Positions 16,734-27,295 of a DNA stretch of 60,992 bases are shown here, in pieces. A program made the position numbers and the translations under genes. Origin of the DNA: Candidatus Vogelbacteria bacterium RIFOXYD1_FULL_51_18 (GTDB taxonomy: Bacteria > Patescibacteriota > Minisyncoccia > Phycocordibacterales > UBA9988); NCBI GenBank assembly GCA_001823095.1, contig MHTL01000011.1, positions 1 to 60,992 on the forward strand, given 5' to 3'. How positions within the stretch are numbered: the stretch's first letter is position 1; each line of letters begins with the position of its first letter. Below the pieces are notes generated by a model. That model was given only the letters and a program-made list of their open reading frames with translations. It was not told the DNA's origin and did not search any database.

Positions 16734-17861
16734 GTGAAGAAGATACTTTTAGCAACGGGTATATTCTACCCTGATGTTGGCGGGCCCGCAATACATGCTC
16801 GACATATTGCTGACGAGATTGTCAAGCATGGGGGACGAGTCCGTGTGATTACCTACGGAGGAGCTTTTCCTGTTGGTACGGTGTTACTCCCGTATCCGGT
16901 GACGCGTATCCCGCTCTCACTATGGGCGCCGCTTAGATGGGCTCTCTATGCGCTCGCTGCGCTTAAGGATTCTCTTTGGGCGGAGGTGATTTACGCGTTT
17001 GATTTGAGCGCGGCTGGTGTACCTGCCGCGTGCGCAGCCACACTTACGGGCAAAAAGTTTTTTATACGCATCGGTGGAGATCCCCTCTGGGAACGTGTTG
17101 TTGAACATGGCAAGCGCTTCCTCTCTCTTGACGAGTACTACGCACACGGCTACTACCTCACTGATAGACCTTTTCTCTTTCGTCTTATACGCTGGGTGCT
17201 CTCTCGCACTGATTATGTGATTACCTACGCACAAATGCTTGCTGATCTCTACACAAAGTATTTTAACGTGCCACCTGAGCACATTCATATTATTCCTAAC
17301 CCGTTCCCCGCTGTTCCTTCTGGAACTAAAACACTTACTGACGCACCGCTTACTTTGTATGCAGGACGTTTTGTAAAATATAAGAATCTTCCCTTTGTTC
17401 TCCGAGTATTTAGGCGTATCCATACTGCACATCCCGCCAGTCGTCTTATGCTCGTTGGTTCTGGCCCAGAATTTACATCAGTGAAGGAATACGCCACGAC
17501 GCTTGCGCTCGGTGATGCGCTCCAGATTCTCCCCGCGGTACCTCATGAGCAGTTAAGAGAATTCCAAGCGCGCGCGTCATTGGCGCTTGCACCCGCGCTG
17601 ACGGAATTTAGTCCTAATTTTGCACTAGAGGCGCTTGCCACCGGTACGCCAATCCTCATTAGCCGAGGAAATGGTCTTACCGTGCAGCTCCCGGAGGAGT
17701 GTCTCTTTGATCCTAGTAAGGAAGATGAGTTGTACGAACGTTGGAATGCTCTCCTTGATCCTGTTGTGTACGCGAAAGTTGTGCAAGAGGTCATCGCTTC
17801 CATCCCGCACTATACGTGGACGGAAGTAGAGGCCGCTCACGCTGTACTCCTCGGACTATGA
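16734..17861 (+). CDS. GT4 glycosyltransferase
   Basis: GTG start KKILLATGIFYPDVGGPA; YAGRFVKYKN; EFSPNFALEALATGTP. Confidence 0.92.
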   Translation: MKKILLATGIFYPDVGGPAIHARHIADEIVKHGGRVRVITYGGAFPVGTVLLPYPVTRIPLSLWAPLRWALYALAALKDSLWAEVIYAFDLSAAGVPAACAATLTGKKFFIRIGGDPLWERVVEHGKRFLSLDEYYAHGYYLTDRPFLFRLIRWVLSRTDYVITYAQMLADLYTKYFNVPPEHIHIIPNPFPAVPSGTKTLTDAPLTLYAGRFVKYKNLPFVLRVFRRIHTAHPASRLMLVGSGPEFTSVKEYATTLALGDALQILPAVPHEQLREFQARASLALAPALTEFSPNFALEALATGTPILISRGNGLTVQLPEECLFDPSKEDELYERWNALLDPVVYAKVVQEVIASIPHYTWTEVEAAHAVLLGL

Positions 17862-19315
17862 ACACAAAGCTCCGTGTCCTGATGATCTCTGGTGATCCGA
17901 TGGTGCTGGAGGGGGGGAGTGCTGTCTCGGGGCGGCTCTCTGTATATGGGAAGTTTTGTGAACACCTTGATGTCCTTGTGTGCACGCGTACAGCGGTAGG
18001 GGAGCGGTCTTTGGGGAACCTCCACATGCATGGCGTTGTCTGCACGAGCATCCTTGGATTTTACCGTGCTATTATAGTAGGAGAGGGTATGCCAAAACCT
18101 GACCTCGTCACGGCACAAGACCCTTTTTTCCTCGGCACTGTAGGGCTTTTTATTGCTCGCCATCATCGGATACCTCTTGAAATACAGATTCATACTGATC
18201 TTTACGACCCAGAATTTATTCGGTTCAACATAAGGAATCGTTTTCGCTCTTTCCTCGCACGCTTTATTATCGCTCGCGCAGGGCAGGTGCGTGTTGTGTC
18301 TAATCGGATCAAAAAAAATTTGAGCGAACAAAAATTTGCAGAGGGGATCCATATATCAGTTGTTCCTGTCCCGGTAACGCTTACTTCTCTCCCCACTATG
18401 TCCAGACGCGGAGTTGGCGAGCGCCTCCGCGTCCTCACCGTGTCACGTCTCACCGCAGAAAAAGATCTCTTTCTCGCACTCGATGCTTTCGCACTTCTCC
18501 ATAAAGAAAGGCCAGAATCAACCTTTGTTATTGTGGGAGACGGGCCTCTGCGCTACTCTCTTGAGGCATACGCGGAACGCTGTGGGATATCATCCTTCGT
18601 CATATTTGTAGGAGCACAGAAGGATGTTACTCCTTACTATCACGATGCGAATGTATACTTGAGCACCGCTCGGTATGAGGGCTATGGCCTCTCTCTTGTT
18701 GAAGCAGCGCTCTGTGGGCTCCCTATCGTTTCTACTGATGTTGGTGTTGCGCGTGAATTGGGGCCGAGCGCTCTCGTCCCTCGAGATGCGCAAAAAATTG
18801 CTCAAGCACTCACTGCTCCGTTTTCGTCCCCTCATGTCCCACACTCTCTCGTGTGTACAGTTGAGGAAAGTGCTCGTCAGATCGCAGAGAATTGGAGCAC
18901 GCTCCCACCTCCCCCTACTACTCCTCGGGCGCGTACGCCGCTTTGGTTTTTGGTGAAGTATGTCGCGTCGGGTGGAATGGCAACTGCGGTAAATCTTAGT
19001 TTTCTTTATATCCTTACCGAATTTTTTTCTATCTGGTATGTTTTTTCTGCGGGACTTGCGTATGCGGCTGCCTTCATTGTGAGCTTTACTCTCCAGAAAT
19101 TTTGGACTTTCCATAATGGAACATTGACGCGTGTTCGGTCTCAATTTGCACTCTATGTTACGTTGGGAACCTTCAACGTGTTCTTAAATACATCGCTCAT
19201 CTATCTCATTGTTGAATCAACGGGTGTGCATTATCTTGTGGCGCAAATCGGCATTGGTCTACTCATTGCACTGTGGTCGCTCTTCTTTTATCGTATTCTC
19301 TTTGCAAATCCATGA
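17858..19315 (+). CDS. GT4 glycosyltransferase fused to C-terminal GtrA-like domain
   Basis: TVSRLTAEKD, STARYEGYGLSLVEAALCGLP; after a Pro-rich linker KYVASGGMATAVNLSFLYILTE...SFTLQKFWTF. Confidence 0.9.
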   Translation: MNTKLRVLMISGDPMVLEGGSAVSGRLSVYGKFCEHLDVLVCTRTAVGERSLGNLHMHGVVCTSILGFYRAIIVGEGMPKPDLVTAQDPFFLGTVGLFIARHHRIPLEIQIHTDLYDPEFIRFNIRNRFRSFLARFIIARAGQVRVVSNRIKKNLSEQKFAEGIHISVVPVPVTLTSLPTMSRRGVGERLRVLTVSRLTAEKDLFLALDAFALLHKERPESTFVIVGDGPLRYSLEAYAERCGISSFVIFVGAQKDVTPYYHDANVYLSTARYEGYGLSLVEAALCGLPIVSTDVGVARELGPSALVPRDAQKIAQALTAPFSSPHVPHSLVCTVEESARQIAENWSTLPPPPTTPRARTPLWFLVKYVASGGMATAVNLSFLYILTEFFSIWYVFSAGLAYAAAFIVSFTLQKFWTFHNGTLTRVRSQFALYVTLGTFNVFLNTSLIYLIVESTGVHYLVAQIGIGLLIALWSLFFYRILFANP

Positions 19316-20352
19316 AGCTTCTTTTTATTACACAGGTATGGGATGAGAATGATAGCGTCTTGGGGTTTGTCCCCTCATGGGTAGAAGCATTTCGTCCAGT
19401 TTCTACATCACTTTCTGTCATAGCTCTCCGCGTCTCATCAAGCGAGCATCTCAATGGTATCCCCGTCCATTCTCTAGGGAAAGAGGAGGGGAGAGGACAT
19501 ACGCGGAAAATTTTCCGATTTTATCAGTTACTGTTGGATCTTCGTAATTCTTATGACACGGTGTTTGTCCACATGAATCCAGAGTATGTGGTACTCGCGG
19601 GATTTTTGTGGCGACTTATGGGAAAAAAAGTAGTGCTTTGGTACGCGCATGGCATTGTTACATGGAAGCTCCATGCCGCGACGCCTTTCTGTTCGCGTAT
19701 TCTGACCTCAACACCAGAAGGATGTCGCATCAGTTCAAAGAAGCTTCGCGTTATTGGACAAGCCATTGATACCGAACTCTTTAGTCCGGCATCTCACGTT
19801 CCCCTTATTCCAAAACTTTTTGTTGTGGGAAGAATAGCTGAGATCAAGAGCCAAGCGCTTGCAGTACGCGCACTCGCGCTTATTCATAAAGAATATCCAG
19901 AGGCAACGCTCGAAATTATTGGAGCGCCTGTGTACGACGCTGATCGTATCTACGAATCTTCTGTGCGAGAACTCTCTCGTGAGCTTGGTGTTGAATCATT
20001 CGTGCGCTGGTGTGGTCCGCTCACGCGCATAGAACTTGCTCGTGAATTACCGCATGCATCTTTGTGCATCAATATGAGCACTAACGGGAGTCTTGATAAG
20101 GCAGGGCTTGAGGCGCTTGCCGCAGGGGTGCCTGTTATTACCGCTAATCCCGCATTTCGTTCAATCCTTATGGGTGTCGCTGACATACTCTTCATGTCCT
20201 CTCAAGAGAGTAGCGATGTTTCCCGCGCTATTCTCTTATATTTAACACTTCCGTCTGAAGAGCGTGAACATATCCGTAGGACACTTCGGGAACGAGCTGT
20301 CGCGGAGCATAGCATTACAACATTTGCTGAACGGGTAGTATCTACACTATGA
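19312..20352 (+). CDS. GT4 glycosyltransferase
   Basis: MKLLFITQ, VHMNPEY, VGRIAEIK, GSLDKAGLEALAAGVP. Confidence 0.92.
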   Translation: MKLLFITQVWDENDSVLGFVPSWVEAFRPVSTSLSVIALRVSSSEHLNGIPVHSLGKEEGRGHTRKIFRFYQLLLDLRNSYDTVFVHMNPEYVVLAGFLWRLMGKKVVLWYAHGIVTWKLHAATPFCSRILTSTPEGCRISSKKLRVIGQAIDTELFSPASHVPLIPKLFVVGRIAEIKSQALAVRALALIHKEYPEATLEIIGAPVYDADRIYESSVRELSRELGVESFVRWCGPLTRIELARELPHASLCINMSTNGSLDKAGLEALAAGVPVITANPAFRSILMGVADILFMSSQESSDVSRAILLYLTLPSEEREHIRRTLRERAVAEHSITTFAERVVSTL

Positions 20353-21788
20353 ACAGCGCCTTCTCACGACTTTCTGTCCTCCTTATCGTTCTGGCGTTCT
20401 GTGTTCTTGGGGCGCTCTCGTTCTGGCGTCTTACGGAGATTCCCGCAACGTGGATGGACGAGGGAGCAATTGATCAAGTCGCTATGAACCTTGCCCAAAA
20501 AGGAATCTATGGATATCAAATCGCGCCAGGAGATTTTATCTCTGCAGAATTTTTGACCACTGGGTATCCGGTAGTGTATCCCATCACGCTCTCGTTTTTA
20601 TTATTTGGGAAGAGTCTTTTTGCCGCGCGATTTATCATGGTAGTGTTCATGTTTCTCTTAAGTATATCCGTATACTGGTATAGCACATTGCTCGCGCCTA
20701 ATCGATCTTCTCTTCGTTTGTTTCCTATCATCACACTCTTTTTATTAATAAGTTTTGCGCCATTGTACGGGCATGGAAAAAATGTACTCGGTGAAGTGCC
20801 CGGGCTTACGTTTTTTGTATTCTCATTGGTTTCTCTGTATATTTTTGAACAAAAACATCGTGTAGAGTGGCTCATATTTTTGTCGGGAATATTGAGCGGT
20901 CTTTCTATGGCGACAAAACCTCTCTATCTTATCCTCATTCTCCCATCATCTCTCTGCGTATTCTTTTTATTTAGACGCAAGTCGTTCTCTCTAAAAGAGA
21001 AAGGTCTCTTTATGTTGGGTATGTGCATCCCCCTCTTATGGTGGATATTCGCTCAATCAGGTGATCATTCTGTATTGAATACTTTTTTTTATGGAAATCC
21101 TGATCAGACATCATTCATCTCTTTGATAACAAGGAATAGCGCTCGTTTTTTTACTGAAATTTCGCCAATATATTTCCTTGCACTTTTGTTGTGTTGGTGG
21201 TTAGGAATGCTTTTGAAGGGGAGAAAAGATTCCAAAATTTTAACTACAGAGTGGTTTGCTTTTATTTTTTCGTTCCTTAATCTCATCAGTTTCCTGACTA
21301 CTCGCGGTTTTTATAGATATTTCTTTCCCTCTGAAGTGCTTGCCCTTCTATTTTTACCTTATGCTCTCTATAGCATTATGCAATTCCGGTTGAATCCCAC
21401 GCGATCATTGTTGGGTGTTGTTTTTGTCACTGCCGTACTTATCGGTATACAGAGCTACCAACTATTCTTTCATTCTTGGGTGTCAGATTCACAGCACAGC
21501 GCGAGAGCCACCATCCTCTCTCGCGAGCTAGGAGTGTTAGAGCCAAAACGATCCGTCTTCTTTTACAATGTTCCTGAAGCAGTACTTTTTTTACCTCATA
21601 AAAATTATTACCAGTACCTTCGATTTGCAGACACTGTAGAACGGGGTAGTGACACACTCCCACTCCTTGAGCGCGGGCGGGTTGATCTTGTTCTTGTTGA
21701 CGGTCGCTTTTCTACGAGTACTTTTCCCTTGAATCATTACAAAGAAAAATCACGCTTTGATAAATACACACTCTATGAAAAAAAATAA
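20349..21788 (+). CDS. ArnT/PMT-like GT-C polytopic membrane glycosyltransferase
   Basis: First-loop WMDEG, many TM helices, soluble C-terminal domain. Confidence 0.8.
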   Translation: MNSAFSRLSVLLIVLAFCVLGALSFWRLTEIPATWMDEGAIDQVAMNLAQKGIYGYQIAPGDFISAEFLTTGYPVVYPITLSFLLFGKSLFAARFIMVVFMFLLSISVYWYSTLLAPNRSSLRLFPIITLFLLISFAPLYGHGKNVLGEVPGLTFFVFSLVSLYIFEQKHRVEWLIFLSGILSGLSMATKPLYLILILPSSLCVFFLFRRKSFSLKEKGLFMLGMCIPLLWWIFAQSGDHSVLNTFFYGNPDQTSFISLITRNSARFFTEISPIYFLALLLCWWLGMLLKGRKDSKILTTEWFAFIFSFLNLISFLTTRGFYRYFFPSEVLALLFLPYALYSIMQFRLNPTRSLLGVVFVTAVLIGIQSYQLFFHSWVSDSQHSARATILSRELGVLEPKRSVFFYNVPEAVLFLPHKNYYQYLRFADTVERGSDTLPLLERGRVDLVLVDGRFSTSTFPLNHYKEKSRFDKYTLYEKK

Positions 21789-23415
21789 CGCGCTGTTCCT
21801 TTTTGTTCTCCTCGCACTCTTTCTCCTTCTACGTATCCCTGGCCTCTCGCTTCCCTACCACCAGGACGAGTGGAAGACCGCTCGCGCGGTAGAGATTGGT
21901 GCGGAGGCCGCGAGCAGTCTCTACCACCCACCGCTTACCCAGCTCTCGTATCGGGTAGCAGAAGCGCTCTTTGGCGGTGCCCACCTGCGGCTGCTCCCTT
22001 TTTTCTTTTCTTTCCTCTCCCTTTTTCTCCTCTATGCAGTAGTACGGCGGCGGATGGACGAACGAGCAGCCCTCCTCTCTGTCTTTTTATATTCCATTTC
22101 TTTCTATAGCATTCTTGCGTCACACATGATTGATACCGATGGGGCTCTTCTGCCTTTTTTCTTCCTCCTCTCTCTCGTTTGTTATGATCGGTGGAACGAG
22201 AGGGGAGAACCTCACCCTCGATACTGGTTCCTCGGGTTTATTGCTGCCCTGTTTGCTGGTTTTATGGTGAAGCTGAGTTTCATTATTATCCTGGGAGTTT
22301 TTATTATTGACTATATCTTCATCCACTACACACGATTTGGTAGGAAAGAGATTCTTATTCTCTTGTATGGTGCAGGAACCTTTATTGGAGTATCAGTCCT
22401 TGCTCTTGTTGCAACAAAATTTATTTACCCAGCGTTTCAATTAGGTGCAATGGTAGATCATGCACTCCTGTATGTGCATCTCTCGGGGAGGAACTATACT
22501 CAAATTATTGTTCAGACTATTAAAGCTGTGGAGTACCTCTCTCCATTTCTCCTCGCACCCCTTCTGCTTATGACACGAGACCATGCTCGCGCGTCTCGCA
22601 TTTTCCTTATATACCTTGCGCTTGGGGCGATCTTTTACTTTATTCTCTTTGATTTTTCCCGCGGCGCACTTGATAAATACTTGATGTATACAATCGTTCC
22701 TCTCTCGGCGATCGTTGGTATAATTTTAGCGCCGTACATAGAGAGAGCGAAAAAAAATTTCAAAGACCCACTCATTATTGGTATACTTTTTTCATTCGCA
22801 CTTTTTGCACTTAACTTTTTTTATCATACGGTGCCGCCACTCTACCCTAAACAAGAATGGTTCATGCGAGCGCTTGAGGGGAAGTGGGCGTTCCTTACTC
22901 CATTCACTGGGGGATCTGGTCCACTTGGTTTTTATGTCTCCTTCCTCTTCATTGGGGCCTCCTTTCTTTTTGCGTTTGTACTCGTGACGCTTGCTCGGGC
23001 ACGGGTGCTCCCCCTGCCTGCGGTCGCGCTCATCCTCATTGTGAGTGGGATCACCTATAACGCGGTCTTTATAGAGGAGTACCAGTGGGGGATGATCAAT
23101 GGGAGCGCTCCACAGGTTCTCTACAAGTCGCTTGCGCGCATTGAGCGCGACACCGCAATCAAAACGGTAATTACCTATAACGACATTGGCGCCTATGAGC
23201 TCTCGCGCATGGGGAAATATGCAAACCGCTTTTACGCGGTACCAGAATATGAATCTGTGCATAGAGCACGCTTCTCAGATTTTACGGGGCACTTCCTTAT
23301 TGTTGATATCCCCCGTATCTACACAGGGGGCTACTACGAAGAATTTTTCAACAAATGTGCTAAGGTGTTTGAGACGCGCTCGCGCGAAATAACTGGAACT
23401 ATCTATGACTGTTAG
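21775..23415 (+). CDS. ArnT/PMT-like GT-C polytopic membrane glycosyltransferase
   Basis: PYHQDEWK, YHPPL, IDTDG, multiple TM helices. Confidence 0.8.
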   Translation: MKKNNALFLFVLLALFLLLRIPGLSLPYHQDEWKTARAVEIGAEAASSLYHPPLTQLSYRVAEALFGGAHLRLLPFFFSFLSLFLLYAVVRRRMDERAALLSVFLYSISFYSILASHMIDTDGALLPFFFLLSLVCYDRWNERGEPHPRYWFLGFIAALFAGFMVKLSFIIILGVFIIDYIFIHYTRFGRKEILILLYGAGTFIGVSVLALVATKFIYPAFQLGAMVDHALLYVHLSGRNYTQIIVQTIKAVEYLSPFLLAPLLLMTRDHARASRIFLIYLALGAIFYFILFDFSRGALDKYLMYTIVPLSAIVGIILAPYIERAKKNFKDPLIIGILFSFALFALNFFYHTVPPLYPKQEWFMRALEGKWAFLTPFTGGSGPLGFYVSFLFIGASFLFAFVLVTLARARVLPLPAVALILIVSGITYNAVFIEEYQWGMINGSAPQVLYKSLARIERDTAIKTVITYNDIGAYELSRMGKYANRFYAVPEYESVHRARFSDFTGHFLIVDIPRIYTGGYYEEFFNKCAKVFETRSREITGTIYDC

Positions 23416-24130
23416 TCTCTCAATCGTACTCCCCGCGTATAAGGAGAAGGAAAATCTTGCTGTTTTGGTACCTCAGATTGAGGCAGAGTTTCAAGGGGAT
23501 TCCTTTGAGATCATCGTCGTAGATGATCACTCTTGTGACGGCACGCGAGAACTAGTGGACAAGTTACATGAGCAGTACCACAACGTGCGGCTCCTTGAGC
23601 GGCAGGGGCTCTTGGGTGTTGGCTCTGCTCTTCGCGATGGCTATAACACGGCAAACGGGGAGTACATCCTCTCATCTGACGCGGACCTCTCCTTTGCGGC
23701 GGACGATATGCGTGCACTGTATGAAAAGATTTGCACTGATTACGACATGGTGCTCGGATACAAAATCTCCGGAAAAAGAAAAGGAAGTACAGACGTTGCA
23801 CGTCGAACACTTCATGGGTGGGCAGAGGAGTACCTCACGAGCCCATTTTCCAATTGGATTATCCGTCTTGTGAGCGGTGTTAGACTCAAGAACTACAACA
23901 CTGACTTCAGAATCATCCGCGCATCTATCTGGAAGCGCATCCGCACCGTTGAAGACCGGCAATTCTTTCTCTTTGAGACGATTTACCGTACCGTTGAGGC
24001 AGGTGGACGCATTACCGAGATCCCGGTAGTCTTTTGCCCGCGCAAATTCGGCGAGTCAAAAGTCAGTTTTTTCAAGCAAGCGCCACGTTATCTTCTCAAA
24101 CTTGTCCGTTTGCGCTCTTCCTCATCTTGA
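23405..24130 (+). CDS. GT2 polyprenol-phosphate glycosyltransferase (DPM1/GtrB-like)
   Basis: SIVLPAYKE, IVVDDHSCDGT, SSDADLS, EIPVVF...RKFGESK. Confidence 0.92.
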   Translation: MTVSLSIVLPAYKEKENLAVLVPQIEAEFQGDSFEIIVVDDHSCDGTRELVDKLHEQYHNVRLLERQGLLGVGSALRDGYNTANGEYILSSDADLSFAADDMRALYEKICTDYDMVLGYKISGKRKGSTDVARRTLHGWAEEYLTSPFSNWIIRLVSGVRLKNYNTDFRIIRASIWKRIRTVEDRQFFLFETIYRTVEAGGRITEIPVVFCPRKFGESKVSFFKQAPRYLLKLVRLRSSSS

Positions 24131-24161
24131 CATCCCGAGGCGCCTCTCTATACTGAAGTCC

Positions 24162-24569
24162 ATGAAGATAAAAGTCCTGCATCCATCCTGCAACCTTGAC
24201 ACCGTCCGTGACGGACGGGGAGGAATCTTTACCTGGCTCCCCGAAGATAACATCGTAGAATTTAATGTTCTTTACTTCCAGCCCGGCAAAACCCGCGGGC
24301 ATCACTACCATCCAGAGTTCAACGAGTATTTTTTGGTGGTAGAAGGGTCCGGGGTTATGGTTACCAGAGACTCCGAAGATGCTCCCGAAGAGCTCGTTCA
24401 CATGAGCCGAGGGACTTGTGCGCGAACGCCGATGGGAGTCTCGCATACCTTCTACGCAATCACTGCCGTTACGGCTGTGGCAATGCTCTCAAAGCGCTGG
24501 GATGACTGCGAAAAGCCCATTATCCGGGTTGACTTCCTGCAGGGCAAGGGCACGCAGTCGGCGCAGTAA
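24162..24569 (+). CDS. Cupin-fold NDP-sugar isomerase/epimerase (FdtA/WxcM-like)
   Basis: DGRG, RGHHYH, EYFLVVEG, P.GVSH. Confidence 0.8.
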   Translation: MKIKVLHPSCNLDTVRDGRGGIFTWLPEDNIVEFNVLYFQPGKTRGHHYHPEFNEYFLVVEGSGVMVTRDSEDAPEELVHMSRGTCARTPMGVSHTFYAITAVTAVAMLSKRWDDCEKPIIRVDFLQGKGTQSAQ

Positions 24570-24572
24570 GGC

Positions 24573-25289
24573 ATGCAGCGGATTGCCGTAGTGGGAGCGC
24601 GAGGGTATGTGGGAAGTGCGCTCGCCCGCGCGCTCATGAGCGGAGGACAGTACTCGGTAACGGAAGTGACGCGTGAGAACTACATGCTCGCACAGAAGGA
24701 GTCCTATGATGTGCTCATTAACTGCGCAATGCCCTCTGCCCGTTTTTGGGCAAAGAGCAATCCCGAGAAAGATTTTATTGAAACCGTGGAAAAGACGGCA
24801 CAGCTCCTCTATGCCTGGAATTTCAAAAAATTTGTGCAGGTGAGCTCTGTCTCTGCGCGTTGCCAGCTGGATACCGTATATGGCCGCCACAAGGCGGCGG
24901 CGGAGAAGCTCGTTGACCAGGAGAAGCACCTGATTGTTCGTCTGGGCCCCATGTATAGCCCGGAGCTCACCAAGGGCGTGCTTGTGGACATTCGGGAAGG
25001 AAAAAAGGTGTTTGTGGACGGCAAGAGCCGTTACTCTTTTGCCCCTCTCTCCTTTAATGCGGAGTGGATTGCTTCACATCTTGAGCGCCGTGGCGTTGTT
25101 GAGGTCGGGGCCAGAAATGCCCTTGCGCTTGAAGAGCTTGCGTCAACGCTCGGCGTCCCTGCCGCGTTTGAAGGCGCGCTTGACCATCAGGAAATTGAAA
25201 ATCCGGAACCAGACTTCCCTGATGCTCTGGATGTTATTGTATTTATGGACAAGTGGGGTGAGGAACCGTACAATACACAAAATACATAA
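24573..25289 (+). CDS. Short NAD-dependent epimerase/dehydratase-like protein
   Basis: IAVVGARGYVG, VSS, YGRHK (YxxxK). Confidence 0.85.
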   Translation: MQRIAVVGARGYVGSALARALMSGGQYSVTEVTRENYMLAQKESYDVLINCAMPSARFWAKSNPEKDFIETVEKTAQLLYAWNFKKFVQVSSVSARCQLDTVYGRHKAAAEKLVDQEKHLIVRLGPMYSPELTKGVLVDIREGKKVFVDGKSRYSFAPLSFNAEWIASHLERRGVVEVGARNALALEELASTLGVPAAFEGALDHQEIENPEPDFPDALDVIVFMDKWGEEPYNTQNT

Positions 25290-25308
25290 TTACCATATTT
25301 TTTTCTCT

Positions 25309-26583
25309 ATGGAACACAAAACTCCATCACTCTCTGCTCGCGAGGTGCGCCAGTGCCGCGTGTGCGGGAACACGGAGCTCATTTCCGTCGTAGACATCGG
25401 CGAACAGTACCTCTCGTCAGTCTTCCCCGAAGACCTTGGGTATCGCGCGACCGCATCGCGCTACCCGCTTAAGCTTGCGCTTTGTCGCAAAAAGAATGAC
25501 GGCGCCTCGTGCGGTCTGCTCCAGCTGAGGCACCACTTGGACCTCACGCCCATGTATGACGCTTACCCCTACACGAGCGCAACCAACTCCTCCATGACCC
25601 AGATACTCCGCGATGTTGCGGAGAGCGGACGCGCTGTGGCGGATCTCAAGCCCGATGACATCATCCTTGATATCGGCGGCAATGATGGGACGCTCCTTTC
25701 ATTTTTCAAAGACGAGCCGTACCAACTGCTTAATATTGACCCGGCAAAAAACGTGGTCGCGCTTGTAGACTCCCCCCGCTACCGCGCGGTCAACGCTTTT
25801 TTCTCCGAAGCCTCATTCCGCTCCGTCTCGCAAAAAAAAGCCAAACTCATCTTCAGCATTGCTATGTTCTACCATCTTGATAATCCCATGCAGTTCTCGC
25901 GCGAAGTCGCCGCGGTTCTTGATGACGACGGCGTGTGGATCATCCAAATGGCTTACCTTCCCGCAATGATCCGGACGAATATGTACGACAATATTGTCCA
26001 TGAGCATGCCGGCTACTACGCGACCCAGCAGGTAAAGTGGATTATGGAGAAAGTGGGGCTTGAAGTCTTTGACGTGCTGGAAAACGATGTCTATGGGGGG
26101 AGCTTCCGCATCTTTGTAAAAAAGAAGGGCTCTCCGCGCTGTGTTCCCACCGAGCGCCTCCGCACGACGCTTGAACGGGAACTGTCTGAAGGGATTTTTG
26201 AAGAAGCCACCTATCGCGCTTTCATGCAGCGCATTGAAAAGACGCGAGAAGATCTGCTCGCGCTCATCACGCGAATCAAAGCAGAAGGGAAGTCTATCTG
26301 GATTTATGGCGCTTCCACCAAAGGCAATACCATCCTGCAGTACTGCGGTTTGGGGAATAAGGAAATTGACGCCGCCGCGGACTCCAATGCATTCAAGATT
26401 GGTAAGTACATTATTGGCTCTGACATCCCTATCAAGGATGAAGCGGCGATGCGCGCGGCGAAGCCGAACTACCTCCTCGCGCTCCCGTACAGCTTTGTTG
26501 ACGGCTTTATGAAGCGCGAAGCCGAGCTCATCGCCCACGGCACAAAATTCATCGTCCCCCTACCGGAGGTTAAAATTGTCTGA
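25309..26583 (+). CDS. NDP-hexose 3-C-methyltransferase family
   Basis: Zn-binding CRVCG...CGLLQ, LDIGGNDG, YDNIVHEH, YGASTKGN, D.N..KIG. Confidence 0.92.
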   Translation: MEHKTPSLSAREVRQCRVCGNTELISVVDIGEQYLSSVFPEDLGYRATASRYPLKLALCRKKNDGASCGLLQLRHHLDLTPMYDAYPYTSATNSSMTQILRDVAESGRAVADLKPDDIILDIGGNDGTLLSFFKDEPYQLLNIDPAKNVVALVDSPRYRAVNAFFSEASFRSVSQKKAKLIFSIAMFYHLDNPMQFSREVAAVLDDDGVWIIQMAYLPAMIRTNMYDNIVHEHAGYYATQQVKWIMEKVGLEVFDVLENDVYGGSFRIFVKKKGSPRCVPTERLRTTLERELSEGIFEEATYRAFMQRIEKTREDLLALITRIKAEGKSIWIYGASTKGNTILQYCGLGNKEIDAAADSNAFKIGKYIIGSDIPIKDEAAMRAAKPNYLLALPYSFVDGFMKREAELIAHGTKFIVPLPEVKIV

Positions 26584-26662
26584 TATAGAGGATTATCCTC
26601 TGTAAAGAAAAAAGCGGCGAGATGTGAATTTTGCCGCTTCATTTGCTTGTACGCGAGTGCCG

Positions 26663-27190
26663 TTAGAGAATTGCCGCTGATTCCCGATCTCCCTTAAACC
26701 ACTTTTGGAAATAGGCAAGGTACCGAGGAACATTCTGCGGGATGACGTCCGGGGGATTTTCCGTAAACCACTTGAGGTCGTCCCGCTCTGTCACCTCGCT
26801 AGTCGCTCTGCAGGCGATGATTAGTGAGATGGGATATCCAAAGGGATGTTCCCTGTGGAGCCATGTGTGAGTGCCAATGAGTTCAAGACTAGAAACTCCA
26901 TCGGCGATCCCTTCCTTGCGAACATGGTAGTCACAGGCATCTTGGTAACTCTGGCCTGGCTTCATGTATCCGCCCGGGATATGCCACCCCTTGAAGTCAT
27001 CATCCCGATGGCTCAGGAGAAATCTTCCTCCATCATCATAGATGAGGACCTCAACCGCAGGCCACGGCACAAGCTTGTGTATGAACCGGTACGCAGAATC
27101 CGGGATAAACCCCTTATCCTGCTCAACCACGACTGCTAGCAGATGTCCCAATTCCGCCTGTTCTTCAGGCGAAAGTGATGAACTCGGCAT
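26663..27190 (-). CDS. NUDIX hydrolase (GDP-mannose mannosyl hydrolase-like)
   Basis: VPWPAVEVLI, WHIPGG.MKPGQSY; GGGAGG SD and TTGACA/TATACT promoter. Confidence 0.8.
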   Translation of the reverse strand: MPSSSLSPEEQAELGHLLAVVVEQDKGFIPDSAYRFIHKLVPWPAVEVLIYDDGGRFLLSHRDDDFKGWHIPGGYMKPGQSYQDACDYHVRKEGIADGVSSLELIGTHTWLHREHPFGYPISLIIACRATSEVTERDDLKWFTENPPDVIPQNVPRYLAYFQKWFKGDRESAAIL

Positions 27191-27295
27191 TGTCTAATCC
27201 TCCCTTTCCTCAAGTTTCTATCTGTGTTCAGTATACACGAACTACAGATTTTGTCAATAGCGACAGGGACGCATAAGGCAGGCTACAATCAGGAT

